Virus record (IMG/VR): IMGVR_UViG_3300035670_000067
Span: 1-64,000 of that record
From: a virus
DNA length: 64,000 bases
Direction: 5' to 3' (one strand)
Shown: positions 48,819-58,640 of the stretch, piece by piece
How positions within the stretch are numbered: the stretch's first letter is position 1
Layout: every line of letters starts with the position of its first letter
Made by a program: the position numbers and the translations under genes
Notes under the pieces: generated by a model
Told to the model about the DNA's origin: nothing
Seen by the model: the letters and a program-made list of their open reading frames with translations, nothing else
Database searches by the model: none

Positions 48819-49990
48819 AGTAGATTAAACACCTTTCTACATTCTATTTGATTAGCTTCGTAAAACAGTCTTGTGTTAATATCATTAGCCATATTGGGAT
48901 CATGCATTCTGGTGGCAGATTCTTCATGAATACCCATGGCTTCTGCGCAATACCAAATTGATACACCGCGCTTCTTAGCTCTAAAACAGAAATCAACATC
49001 ATTGCAGTCACCATAGTATTGTTCATCTAATCCATTAAGCTCTTTGTACAGATCTACATTTATAAGGGCACAGGCGAAGGTGACGGCATTTACCTCTCTG
49101 GTTGGATAAAAACACTTATCATGTTTTTTACCGCGTCCAACATGCTCAAACAAATTGTTTCCATCACCCATAATGATACCGGCATGTTGATACCTAAAAT
49201 CTGGATAATACAAGGAAGCGCCAACTATGCTCGCATTTTCTTCATGGCAAGCACAAAGCATCTCATTTATCCAATCAAAATGCTCCATCATATAGACATC
49301 ATCGTTTAGAAGAAGAACGTACTTATATCTGCCTTCGATATGACGATGTATGATAGTATTATTCAAATGACTGAAATTAAACCTGCTTGTATTCTCAAAC
49401 ATATCAACAGAATAGCGCTGTCCGTACATTTCATTGTATCTCTTCAAAAAATCTTGATCGCCATAAAATCCAAGGTATGGCGTCCCACGCTTTATGCATC
49501 CCAGACATTTATCTAATCTTGTAGAATTGGAACTAAGAATTACAATTGCCACATCTTCATCTATATGTCTCGTGTGCGCATATCTGTCTCCGCAGAAACC
49601 AGATATTTTAGTTGCGTTTCTTCCTTCTATCGCATGCGAAAATTGTATTTCGTTCTGTACTATGCCACGATATTCTCTTATCACTGATATTGTTGCTTTG
49701 CCCGCCAACACTGCCGCCACCATTGCACACCAAGACCTGTCTGAGAACATATTACGACGGGCTAAGACCACCACTGGCACACCAGCCCCGCCCCCCAGCC
49801 CCGCCCTACTTGTGAAAACGTTTACCGGGGTCTTTATACCATTCTTTTTCTTGTAATAATCGAAAACTATAATATCTGCCTTAGACTGTTCAGCTATATA
49901 AAACAACTCTTGTTCTTTGTTTGACGTATCATAAATTCCGTCAGTCCTAACTAAAATTTCCCAGTCTTGATTGTGTGTTATCATTTTCAT
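48815..49990 (-). CDS. GT2 glycosyltransferase
   Basis: FNFSHLNN, LLLNDDV, VGASLYYPD..QHAGI, AVTFACALI, GLDE, NDVDFCFR, HEESATR. Confidence 0.9.
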   Translation of the reverse strand: MKMITHNQDWEILVRTDGIYDTSNKEQELFYIAEQSKADIIVFDYYKKKNGIKTPVNVFTSRAGLGGGAGVPVVVLARRNMFSDRSWCAMVAAVLAGKATISVIREYRGIVQNEIQFSHAIEGRNATKISGFCGDRYAHTRHIDEDVAIVILSSNSTRLDKCLGCIKRGTPYLGFYGDQDFLKRYNEMYGQRYSVDMFENTSRFNFSHLNNTIIHRHIEGRYKYVLLLNDDVYMMEHFDWINEMLCACHEENASIVGASLYYPDFRYQHAGIIMGDGNNLFEHVGRGKKHDKCFYPTREVNAVTFACALINVDLYKELNGLDEQYYGDCNDVDFCFRAKKRGVSIWYCAEAMGIHEESATRMHDPNMANDINTRLFYEANQIECRKVFNLL

Positions 49991-50011
49991 AAAAGAAATA
50001 ACCTTATGGAC

Positions 50012-50054
50012 GAAAATAAAAAGGCCGGTGGATTTGATAATCCACCGGCCTTTT
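50012..50054 (-). terminator. Rho-independent terminator after the major capsid gene
   Basis: 16-bp inverted repeat AAAAGGCCGGTGGATT/AATCCACCGGCCTTTT with T-rich tail on the minus strand. Confidence 0.88.
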
Positions 50055-50065
50055 AGCGTGGTCGG

Positions 50066-51052
50066 TTAGAAGGAGACTGTCGTGCTCAGATTGTCGATCT
50101 CGCAGGTCATATCTGTCCGATTGAACTGGAAGGCGATACGCTCACTGGTAACGTACTTCCGCTGATCGGATTCGATGACTTTATCAGATTCGAGTTTGAT
50201 GCGCCGACGATCACCAATCTCGCAGGCTTCACGATGCATGACCACCGCGTGACCTGACGGAGCGTTAGCGAGTTCGTACACACGAACGCCATAGATGGTG
50301 GTCAGCATACCATCTGACTCACCAGCTGAGCCAAGACCAGTGATGAAGCTCGCCAGAGCCAGACCAGTCATGCTCGTGTTTTTGAAGTTGGTGTTTGACC
50401 GAATATTCGCAGCCTGATCGGGAGGAACGATGCAGATCAGACGGCTCTTGTTGCGACCATATTTCCCAAGGTTATAGATCGCGTTATTAACCATGTCTTC
50501 ATCGAAGGCGGCACCACCGCCAGCGACTTCTGACGCACCAGATTCATTGGCAACGGTGAAGATACCGTCAAACGCAAGACGCGAATCACGGATATACCAG
50601 TTGGCGGTTGTCGCGGACTCAGGCGTCGGCGCAGTAGCGGTGTGATCAACATCGCCCTGGAGGAACGCCAGTTCTTCCGCCTCAGCAATAGCATCGGCGA
50701 AGTCCTGCAGAACCTGAGCCACAACGTCAGGCTGAGAATCTTCGATAGCTTCTTCGTCAATCATGACGTAAGCCATCAGTTTCTTAGCCGTCCATGTGAC
50801 TGAAGTCGCCGCATAGCTTGTCAGCGTAGCGGTCGTACCATCAGGAATATAGTACGCTGAACCGCCGCTAGTTCTCTTCGGCTTGGTCCATGTGCGCGAA
50901 GGCATGGTGAATGACGGGACCAGTCTACGAATCAGGTTGCGTTCGCGAACGAACTCGATCACCTGATTCGCCAGAGGCGTCGGAAGATAAGCACTGATGC
51001 TGGACCCAGAGGTCGCAACTGACAGTGCCTTGCGGATAAGCTCGACACTCAT
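50066..51052 (-). CDS. Major capsid protein (HK97 fold)
   Basis: YLPTPLANQVIEFVRE, AKKLMAYVMIDEEAIEDS, AEAEELAFLQGD, TIYGVRV. Confidence 0.92.
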   Translation of the reverse strand: MSVELIRKALSVATSGSSISAYLPTPLANQVIEFVRERNLIRRLVPSFTMPSRTWTKPKRTSGGSAYYIPDGTTATLTSYAATSVTWTAKKLMAYVMIDEEAIEDSQPDVVAQVLQDFADAIAEAEELAFLQGDVDHTATAPTPESATTANWYIRDSRLAFDGIFTVANESGASEVAGGGAAFDEDMVNNAIYNLGKYGRNKSRLICIVPPDQAANIRSNTNFKNTSMTGLALASFITGLGSAGESDGMLTTIYGVRVYELANAPSGHAVVMHREACEIGDRRRIKLESDKVIESDQRKYVTSERIAFQFNRTDMTCEIDNLSTTVSF

Positions 51053-51073
51053 TGTTTTTATTCCTTGTCTTTG

Positions 51074-52180
51074 TTACTTCTGGGTCGTTGACGCTAACAG
51101 AAGACCAAAGTAAACACTGGTCGCTTTACTCTGCTCTTCCTTGCTTAACGCCGCAAACTCATCAGGATTGCCCTTCAGAGCATTGCCGTCGCCAAGCAGA
51201 TGGAGAACGTATTTGACAGTTTCGGGATCCGAAGCGTCCTTGAGAACTTTCTTGATCTTATTAGGATCGGGCTGTTCTGAGGACTGTTCGCTTTTCTTGC
51301 CAAGCTGGGCGGTGAGAGCGGCAACGCTCTTAACCAGTTCAGCCATGACAGGATTTTCTGTCTCAAATTTCTTCTGCGCAGCGGCTTTCGCAGCATCCGC
51401 TTCCTGTTTCAGTTCTTCAGCTGTCTTGGCTTTCTGAGACAGAGCAGTGATCGCATCAGCAAGCTGTTTCTGCGAAGCAGCAACAGTATCCACAAGCGCT
51501 TTCATCGCAGCAACAGAATCAGCAACAGGCTTAATCTGTTCTGCGACCATTGTCTTCGCCTTTTCCTCAGAAACGCCACTCGGCGTCGGCTGAGGAACTT
51601 TATCGGTCTTGGTGGCCATATGTTTCTCCTTGTTAGAGATCTTGTTTTGCAGTGATTTCCCGGTTGCTTCTAAAATAGAAGCTGCGGGATTTGCTGGTAA
51701 ACCTACAACGCTAACTTCAAAAAGTTCCATTTCTTTGATTCTATACTCAGTAATACTTCCTGTGTCAGGATCTTCCACCCTTTCCACTCTCTTTACACGC
51801 AATCTGATGGACATTGAATTTAGAATACCTTCTTTAATTTTAGTCCAGATATCATCAACATCATTTGCCTTGCTAAACTTCACGGTAACGATAAGACCTT
51901 TATCGTCCACCTCGGTCTTCACAACCTTGCCAACCGGCTTGTCTGTGTCGTGATTGAAGAATACCGTGTTGGCACCGGGCTGTAATAGATCTTTTTCAGA
52001 TTTCTTCCAAGCTTCGAGTGTAATGACGTCACGAACACGATCTTTGACAATAGTACCAGCATATCCAACAAGAATTCTATCACCACCCTTTTCACTCACA
52101 CCCTTTATCTTAAAAAGACTGTCAATAGCTTTATTCACGTCTTTTTCAACAGATTTCTTGATCTTCATTTTCTTTTCCAT
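51074..52180 (-). CDS. HK97-family prohead protease with C-terminal scaffold region
   Basis: GYAGT..DRVRDVI, FFNHD..PVGK, IKEGILNSMSI, LFEVSVVGLPANPAA; Ala/Lys helical tail. Confidence 0.92.
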   Translation of the reverse strand: MEKKMKIKKSVEKDVNKAIDSLFKIKGVSEKGGDRILVGYAGTIVKDRVRDVITLEAWKKSEKDLLQPGANTVFFNHDTDKPVGKVVKTEVDDKGLIVTVKFSKANDVDDIWTKIKEGILNSMSIRLRVKRVERVEDPDTGSITEYRIKEMELFEVSVVGLPANPAASILEATGKSLQNKISNKEKHMATKTDKVPQPTPSGVSEEKAKTMVAEQIKPVADSVAAMKALVDTVAASQKQLADAITALSQKAKTAEELKQEADAAKAAAQKKFETENPVMAELVKSVAALTAQLGKKSEQSSEQPDPNKIKKVLKDASDPETVKYVLHLLGDGNALKGNPDEFAALSKEEQSKATSVYFGLLLASTTQK

Positions 52181-53742
52181 TACTCGCCTAAGAGGTATAG
52201 ATTGCGATAGTGGTTACTTACTTTGACTTCCTTCAAAAGCATATCAATCATAGTAGCTAATTTTTCTTGATTCCCGTCAAAATGCTTTTCACAAATCTTT
52301 AATGTCTGAATAAATCCGTATATGAGTTGTTTTTCTTCATCAGTAAAGGTGGACATAATGGTGTCATTAAAAACATTGTCTGTATTTAGACGCTCTTTTG
52401 CACACTTCACAATCAGAGATAAAGCAGAATCAACAATATCCTTCTTGGGTTTCTGCTGAGTCTGTTGACCACTACCCTGTCTGGAAGGCGGCACTATTCT
52501 GCCAGATGGATCAACTTGCCCACCGCCAGGAAGAATATTAATCGGCGTATCACCCCATGGAACTTTAGACATACCCTTCTTAGCGCGTCTTTCATTAATG
52601 ACTATAACGCCATTTCTAAGATCGTCACTATCTATTCTCCCTTCTGTCTCTGCATCTTCAAGATCGATAGCGCCAAACTCTAACTTTAGATCCATAAAAC
52701 CAAAACCGTCTTCTATGATCTCTTTTGTATAAGCGTAAGCTTCTTTATTCAATATAGGTTTTAGCGCACCATTCTTATAAATGCGAACTTGTTCTGCAGA
52801 ATTCAATTTGCCGGTAGTCTCATCAACTATACCCATGATGAATGGCTGCATCTTGAAAACAGCAAAAATTCTATTTCTTATTTCCTTGCCATATTCAGAG
52901 AATTCCATATCTTTATTATTGAGCGCTATTCTAACCCAACTCAGCTTATCACTATTCGTAATAAATGTCCTATGTGAATTACTTGCCCCCTTAAACTTAG
53001 ATTCCCAGTATTCTCTGAATTTCTTTAATTCTGTTCTGCTTAATCCAGGAACAGTCAAAACACCGCGAGCCTCTGCGCCATTGATAAAATTGTTCGAATT
53101 GTAATTAGCTCTGAGCAGATCTGTTGCCACACTATTCGCGACAACGTCTATTGGCTTTAATCCGTATGGTGTAGAACTCATGGGCAAGATGTTCAGAAGA
53201 ATTATTTCGTCCTTATCAAACTTAGGCGAATCTTCTGTAACGATCCCATTAGAAGTCTGTATGTAAGTATTCTTTTCGTAAAGATTACCACTTTTGTCTG
53301 TTCTTATTTTGATCGAAGCAGATTTTATCGCATAAATTTCTCTAAGAAGTTTCTGCCGCTTAACCTTTTCTATTGTACCGTATCCCCATATCAGAAGATC
53401 ACGTAAGAACTTTTCTCTTATTTCTCTAAACGACTCTTTGTTTAGATTGGGGTCGTTCAAGAATTCTGTGACGACTTCTATACGGCTCTTTACTTTACCA
53501 TCTATCTTTTGGTCTTTGTCCTTAGGCACTATTGACCAATTTGTCTGTGTGCAATCGTCAACTATTCTGTTGATCGTAGCAAACAGCCATTCATTCGCAT
53601 GATATAATTCAAAGGCGTCACTATTACTTACTCTGATGAACATTTCTTGGATAGGTGCGCCACTACGCACAAACCCATCTATTTCGCCAGATGCATCTTT
53701 TATAATCAGCCCGGTCGCTTCTGATAACGTCAGTCTTTTCAT
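52180..53742 (-). CDS. HK97-family portal protein
   Basis: DLLIWGYG, YGLKPID, FINGAEARGVL, DMEF, INERRAKKGMSKVPWGD. Confidence 0.92.
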   Translation of the reverse strand: MKRLTLSEATGLIIKDASGEIDGFVRSGAPIQEMFIRVSNSDAFELYHANEWLFATINRIVDDCTQTNWSIVPKDKDQKIDGKVKSRIEVVTEFLNDPNLNKESFREIREKFLRDLLIWGYGTIEKVKRQKLLREIYAIKSASIKIRTDKSGNLYEKNTYIQTSNGIVTEDSPKFDKDEIILLNILPMSSTPYGLKPIDVVANSVATDLLRANYNSNNFINGAEARGVLTVPGLSRTELKKFREYWESKFKGASNSHRTFITNSDKLSWVRIALNNKDMEFSEYGKEIRNRIFAVFKMQPFIMGIVDETTGKLNSAEQVRIYKNGALKPILNKEAYAYTKEIIEDGFGFMDLKLEFGAIDLEDAETEGRIDSDDLRNGVIVINERRAKKGMSKVPWGDTPINILPGGGQVDPSGRIVPPSRQGSGQQTQQKPKKDIVDSALSLIVKCAKERLNTDNVFNDTIMSTFTDEEKQLIYGFIQTLKICEKHFDGNQEKLATMIDMLLKEVKVSNHYRNLYLLGE

Positions 53743-53770
53743 CTACAAGTCTCCATAGAGCCTATATCTG

Positions 53771-56047
53771 TCAATCAATCCCACTAATATTCACATCACT
53801 AAATTCAATGGCAACTTGTGAAGTCTGGTTTATTTCGCAATTATAAACTGATCCGAAAATACTATCTATAACGTCTTTCCCATAACCGGTAGGATGATCA
53901 ACTTTGTTGCCCTTCAAATATTTCAAATGTCTGGATTCTCTTGCGAAAATATAATCATAAGGATATTCAACTCTATTTTCAACAAAACAATTCTTTGCTT
54001 TTACTGGAACTTCATCTGTTCTGTCAAGCGAAAGTAAATCTGTATCTATACCTCTATCTTCAAGCGATTGCTTGAACATGTGAGAGTTGTAACTGTCTGC
54101 TGTTATCTTGGCAATCTTGAATCCGCGCTTCAATAATGCCATGACAATATATTGCAAGATTCCGGTATAGTATATCTCACCATTTTTCAGCAATCGCACA
54201 TCAACTTTATCAGATGGATCTATCCATCCTATGAAATCAAGTTTGATTAGTGGCTTATCTTGCCACATTTCATCATCATCTACATCTTTAGGCTTTTCTT
54301 CTTTTGACAGATCTTCAGTCAACGGATCTGGCTCATTCATCGCTTTAGAAAACTCTTTGTTTTCGAGCGGATCGACTCTAACCTTGACCCAGCCAACGCA
54401 ATGAGTTAGTGAAAATGCGGTTTTATCCTTATTCTTCGATAAGTCGAAGTGCATATAGTAATCTGCTTCTATATCAGGAGTAAACCAGTCAGCAAACGCA
54501 CCATTCCCACGATATGGATTAGCAGTACAATTTTCATATTCTCTGCAAGCATACTTATTCTGTGTCAATGCTCTTTTCTGATAAACCGGACACTGCCTGC
54601 ATGTCTCGCAAACATTCTTATCGACAAATTCTGGGTCTCCCCAAAATGTCTCTATAACACCCATCGGCACAGCACCGAAATCTCGCATAGTCCTGCGATA
54701 ATCTCGTTCAAGCTGCTGCTTAAAATCGTCTTTTGTCAACTTAGGATGTATTTCCCAAGTTGCCTTCTGAACAGCGTATGCGCTTTTGTTCGTTTCAGAG
54801 ATTCTTTTTAATTCATAGAACTTATGCATCACGAAGTCGTCGTCATACCGCGGTGTCGTAATTCCGATCATTTTATAATGTTCTGGAAATCTAGTCTTGC
54901 ACGAACCAAATGCTGCTTCCCAACATTCTTCCGCCTTTGATTCTCCAGAGTCATCGTCTGTTCCTCCAGAAGAAGCCAAGAAGAATGCTATTTCGTCACC
55001 AACCCATTGAAGAGTGTTGTACCCAAGCCACCCAAAGGCTTGGGAGTTGCCGCTCAACGCAACCAAATTCTTTTGAAAGAAAACTGCTTGAACACTCGGG
55101 GTGTCATATTTCTTTTCAAACCAAGCACAATTCTGCAAATGACCAAGAAATTCTTTGAAGAATACGTTCTTTGCTTGATTTTCGTTTCTTGCAACGTTGA
55201 TGAAATATATGGGAGATCCCGGTGAAAGACCATAATATGACTGTGGGCTATACATGCACAAGCAACGATATATTCCATAAAGGTGTATAATACTAGAGAT
55301 GAAGTCTTTACCACTATTTTCAGGATATAATCCATTAGCGCAATAATTGTGATATGGATGGTCGCAGATTATATCATAGACCAATTCTGTTTTTCTAGGT
55401 TGGATGGATTCTAGACTAACCCAATGTATATTCGCAATGTGTTTATGTCGAGCTTCTGCAATTTCTGTCGGATTAATCGTCGGCGACAAAAATGTTCGCG
55501 GTGCCGCCATATAATCTCCAATAGACATCTTAGATATCGGAATTTTTCCCTTTCCTACAACATCTATGTTATGTTCATCTGTTGCATCGAGATACATCCC
55601 ATTAGAAAACGTGTATCTCTTTGTTTTTTGTAATCCTCTGGCAACGCACAACCCCTTATTCCAAATTTCTTTATTATTTTCATCTCTGCTCTGGACAATA
55701 ACCATTTGCCCGCACAACGATGACATTTTTCTAGGGCCACCATTTGTCCAAATTATTGTTTCTCCAGAAAGACAACCTTTTCCTAATAATAACAAAGCCT
55801 CACGCACTTCAGGTTTTGTAACTTCTACAGCAATTTCCATAATTTTAGGACGACAACCGCGACCAGTTCTAGGATTGAATTTACAATTTAGATATTCTTT
55901 ACTCTCTATAAATTCTACGATGTCTACAGGCTGTGTTTCCCAAATATCTTCTGGCGATGTCCCTATAGAGTGCGCCAAATATTTGAATGGATCAGCAACA
56001 AATTGATTTTCGTGTCCTCTTGAAATCTTGCGTGATTGTGCTGGCAT
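53771..56047 (-). CDS. Terminase large subunit with a cis mini-intein
   Basis: Walker A GKG|SGKD interrupted by the intein, Walker B VGDEIAFF, ITTPR, HFDLS..D, KVDHP...KDVIDS nuclease motifs. Confidence 0.92.
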   Translation of the reverse strand: MPAQSRKISRGHENQFVADPFKYLAHSIGTSPEDIWETQPVDIVEFIESKEYLNCKFNPRTGRGCRPKIMEIAVEVTKPEVREALLLLGKGCLSGETIIWTNGGPRKMSSLCGQMVIVQSRDENNKEIWNKGLCVARGLQKTKRYTFSNGMYLDATDEHNIDVVGKGKIPISKMSIGDYMAAPRTFLSPTINPTEIAEARHKHIANIHWVSLESIQPRKTELVYDIICDHPYHNYCANGLYPENSGKDFISSIIHLYGIYRCLCMYSPQSYYGLSPGSPIYFINVARNENQAKNVFFKEFLGHLQNCAWFEKKYDTPSVQAVFFQKNLVALSGNSQAFGWLGYNTLQWVGDEIAFFLASSGGTDDDSGESKAEECWEAAFGSCKTRFPEHYKMIGITTPRYDDDFVMHKFYELKRISETNKSAYAVQKATWEIHPKLTKDDFKQQLERDYRRTMRDFGAVPMGVIETFWGDPEFVDKNVCETCRQCPVYQKRALTQNKYACREYENCTANPYRGNGAFADWFTPDIEADYYMHFDLSKNKDKTAFSLTHCVGWVKVRVDPLENKEFSKAMNEPDPLTEDLSKEEKPKDVDDDEMWQDKPLIKLDFIGWIDPSDKVDVRLLKNGEIYYTGILQYIVMALLKRGFKIAKITADSYNSHMFKQSLEDRGIDTDLLSLDRTDEVPVKAKNCFVENRVEYPYDYIFARESRHLKYLKGNKVDHPTGYGKDVIDSIFGSVYNCEINQTSQVAIEFSDVNISGID
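55316..55774 (-). mobile_element. Mini-intein (153 aa, no endonuclease) in the TerL P-loop
   Basis: CLSGETIIWT (block A), ATDEH (block B), VYDI..HNYCANGLYPEN|S. Confidence 0.9.
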
Positions 56048-56277
56048 TAGAACTTACCAAATGTCACGATATTGTTTAAGAACAAACGATAAACAAACGA
56101 TCCCTTCATACCCAATAATTCTTTGTCGATCTGCACACGCAAATCAGCAAATGGTACAGAAATCAATTTCATTCTATATATTCTCAACTTTTTACTACGC
56201 AGCGATTCATCTACTTCATTAGAAGACATATACTTGAAATATAATCTGAGATATTTTCTAAGTTTTGACATCTTCAT
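56047..56277 (-). CDS. small hypothetical protein
   Basis: TAATG overlap with terL. Confidence 0.45.
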   Translation of the reverse strand: MKMSKLRKYLRLYFKYMSSNEVDESLRSKKLRIYRMKLISVPFADLRVQIDKELLGMKGSFVYRLFLNNIVTFGKF

Positions 56278-57085
56278 GTGACACTTCTATCACTTTGCCA
56301 ACGCCAGAAGTAGTTTTGACACTAGCTTCCATAAGTCCTCTGCGTATTGCAGATTGGACTTCTGTATCCTTAACATGTAATCCTATCAGCTCAACTATAG
56401 TTCTAAGAATAATCTTGAATCCGTCAGGCGTCAAGAAAAAGTCTGATTTTCTTTCGACTTTATCTATTCTCTCTATTGACTTGCCTATTGAGTCAACCAA
56501 TCTGGATATTCTATCTATTACCTGCCCATCAGTAAGTGAAGTTTCATTATCCACAATTTCTTTGATCAGAAAGAATTTCTCACCATTTCCCAAATGCTCT
56601 GCGGATAACGTCTCTTCTATGGCCTTAAGAAGTTTGTTGGGATTCTTTACTGGCTTATGCCTACTGAACCTATCTATGTATTGCGTAAGCATAACGCGCA
56701 GTGTGGCTAATTCTTTCTTGTGATCCAAAATATCTGGATCATTAATGAAAACAGTTAACACATCTGCCAATTGTTCGGTATACACACCCTTATACTTATC
56801 TAAGGCGGATGCAGTCCCGCTAACTAAGGCTCTCGTATTTGCTCCACCATGGAATCTACAATATAAACTTCCATCAGATGCTGCTCTTTTACATCTAACT
56901 TTAGGCAGATCATATAACTTTTTATTCTCTTCGTCTCGCTGATGCTTCATCCTAAAGCATCGCAACTTGCCACCCTTTACTCTATGTTCAATGGGAATAT
57001 CTTCACCAGACATCCCTATAAGATGCCCGTGTTCTTTATAAAGTTGGCGTCTTGCCTTCTTTTCTTTTGCAAAGTCTCTGGTCAT
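56258..57085 (-). CDS. Putative terminase small subunit (HGGxSTG-like Zn finger)
   Basis: RC..RCKR..YCRFHGG motif, just upstream of terL. Confidence 0.55.
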   Translation of the reverse strand: MTRDFAKEKKARRQLYKEHGHLIGMSGEDIPIEHRVKGGKLRCFRMKHQRDEENKKLYDLPKVRCKRAASDGSLYCRFHGGANTRALVSGTASALDKYKGVYTEQLADVLTVFINDPDILDHKKELATLRVMLTQYIDRFSRHKPVKNPNKLLKAIEETLSAEHLGNGEKFFLIKEIVDNETSLTDGQVIDRISRLVDSIGKSIERIDKVERKSDFFLTPDGFKIILRTIVELIGLHVKDTEVQSAIRRGLMEASVKTTSGVGKVIEVSHEDVKT

Positions 57086-57131
57086 GTTTCTTTCCGTCTA
57101 ATAGAAAGAATAACCAGCTGGAACAATCTAA

Positions 57132-57539
57132 TTAGTTCTTAGTTAACCATTCAAATATGGCTCTTATAACAGCCATCAATGTAACCGCTGATATTCCACT
57201 TCCCGCCACTACAGCGGCAGTTCTTTTCCTACTTGGTTTTCTGCCGCGCAGCCATTCTATATCCCCCTCCATTTTCAAAATCTTTTTAGAAATACAGATA
57301 TCGTTAACTTCCATTTTCTCAATTTGTCCACTCATAGAATCTATTTGTCCACGCATATTATCTATAGAAGTCTTATGTCCCTCTAACATCTGCCTTATAC
57401 CGACCACCCTACCCAAGGGATCGCCAACAATCGCTTCCTTTAATACGTTTAACGAATCATCTATACTATCAAACCGTCTATCGCCGGATTGCTTATGTTC
57501 GCGACATTCTTTTATAGATACTGGGCGATCATCAGACAT
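57132..57539 (-). CDS. Coiled-coil protein with C-terminal TM helix (holin-like)
   Basis: Heptad region then AAVVAGSGISAVTLMAVIRAIFEWL. Confidence 0.45.
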   Translation of the reverse strand: MSDDRPVSIKECREHKQSGDRRFDSIDDSLNVLKEAIVGDPLGRVVGIRQMLEGHKTSIDNMRGQIDSMSGQIEKMEVNDICISKKILKMEGDIEWLRGRKPSRKRTAAVVAGSGISAVTLMAVIRAIFEWLTKN

Positions 57540-58129
57540 TAGGTGTTCTTATCTATGTGTTCGTACCATTCTAATCTAACATTCGTCAAATTTGAATTTG
57601 TTCCTGAAGTTAGTCTAAGCAAGTACTTTGTATTTCTCTTCAAGATCAATTCTTCATCATTTCTAACTATCGAAGCTGATCTGGCTTGCGCTGATGCACC
57701 ACCGCCCTTATAAGTATGGATCAACCTTCCATCTGTTGAACCGCCAGTTATTCCCTTGTGAATAGTGACTGTCGCAGCAGTCGAACTATTCCTATTATTA
57801 TTTCCAACAGTTTGTAAAGTAGTTCCAACTCTATCTGAATCTTCATATAAATCAAATTGCGTTATAGCCGAACCATCTAAATCAAACAACATATGAGCAT
57901 ATTTGGTTGAATTCGGTGTAGTGATCAAATAAACCTGAGCTTCTGAACTATTCAGTGCTACTGAATCGGTATAAATGAAGTGAGATCCTGCATGGATCTC
58001 ATGATGCGCGTAATCTATTATCTGAAGTGTATTCGTAGTCTTATCAACGCCAGAAATCCCATTAACCCATTTAATCCCACCAATAATCAGTGGTTTTATG
58101 AGTCTTTCTATAGCTGTTGATATCACCAT
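57539..58129 (-). CDS. hypothetical beta-rich protein
   Basis: IDYAHHEIHAG..ELILKRNTKYLLR..WYEH; TAATG overlaps. Confidence 0.6.
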   Translation of the reverse strand: MVISTAIERLIKPLIIGGIKWVNGISGVDKTTNTLQIIDYAHHEIHAGSHFIYTDSVALNSSEAQVYLITTPNSTKYAHMLFDLDGSAITQFDLYEDSDRVGTTLQTVGNNNRNSSTAATVTIHKGITGGSTDGRLIHTYKGGGASAQARSASIVRNDEELILKRNTKYLLRLTSGTNSNLTNVRLEWYEHIDKNT

Positions 58130-58413
58130 TAATCTCCCATGTAATCATTGGCACCGAGGTATGAATTGGGACTAAAAGCGAAATATGCAGCCGCGCCAGC
58201 CATATCGCTTCTTCTTGCCCAACGAATAATGGTATCATTTCCTACAGTGTGCGTTCTGCGAACCGCCCATTCTGAAGTTGCTCTACTGGTCCCAACGTCT
58301 GCAAAGAATTCATAAACATAATCAACACCGCTGATTGTAACTTCAACAGTGACTTTATCAATAATGTCAGCAAACTGATTACCAACACTATTGAAAATCT
58401 TAGGCTTTGACAT
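58129..58413 (-). CDS. hypothetical protein
   Basis: AAGGA SD, co-oriented. Confidence 0.55.
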   Translation of the reverse strand: MSKPKIFNSVGNQFADIIDKVTVEVTISGVDYVYEFFADVGTSRATSEWAVRRTHTVGNDTIIRWARRSDMAGAAAYFAFSPNSYLGANDYMGD

Positions 58414-58451
58414 TGTCTTATCCTTTTACAGAAAAATCTGTCATGCTCTGA

Positions 58452-58640
58452 TTATTTGATAACTTTCTGATCTTCAGCACCAACAACTTTCTTTGCTGCT
58501 TCTATTCTATCCTGTGTTGGAATTTCGTATTCTTTGCGCTGTCTGAATTCTTCTTGCTTGCCTCTGTTCCAGAATTTGGTCGGACGAAAATATCCAACAA
58601 CTCTACTAAACACTTCGCATTCTCTTCCGCACTTAGCCAT
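58452..58640 (-). CDS. Stand-alone anaerobic ribonucleotide reductase (NrdD) C-terminal glycyl-radical peptide
   Basis: MAKCGRECEVFSRVVGYFRPTKFWNRGKQEEFRQRK; ATG at 58640 overlaps the upstream TAA. Confidence 0.8.
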   Translation of the reverse strand: MAKCGRECEVFSRVVGYFRPTKFWNRGKQEEFRQRKEYEIPTQDRIEAAKKVVGAEDQKVIK

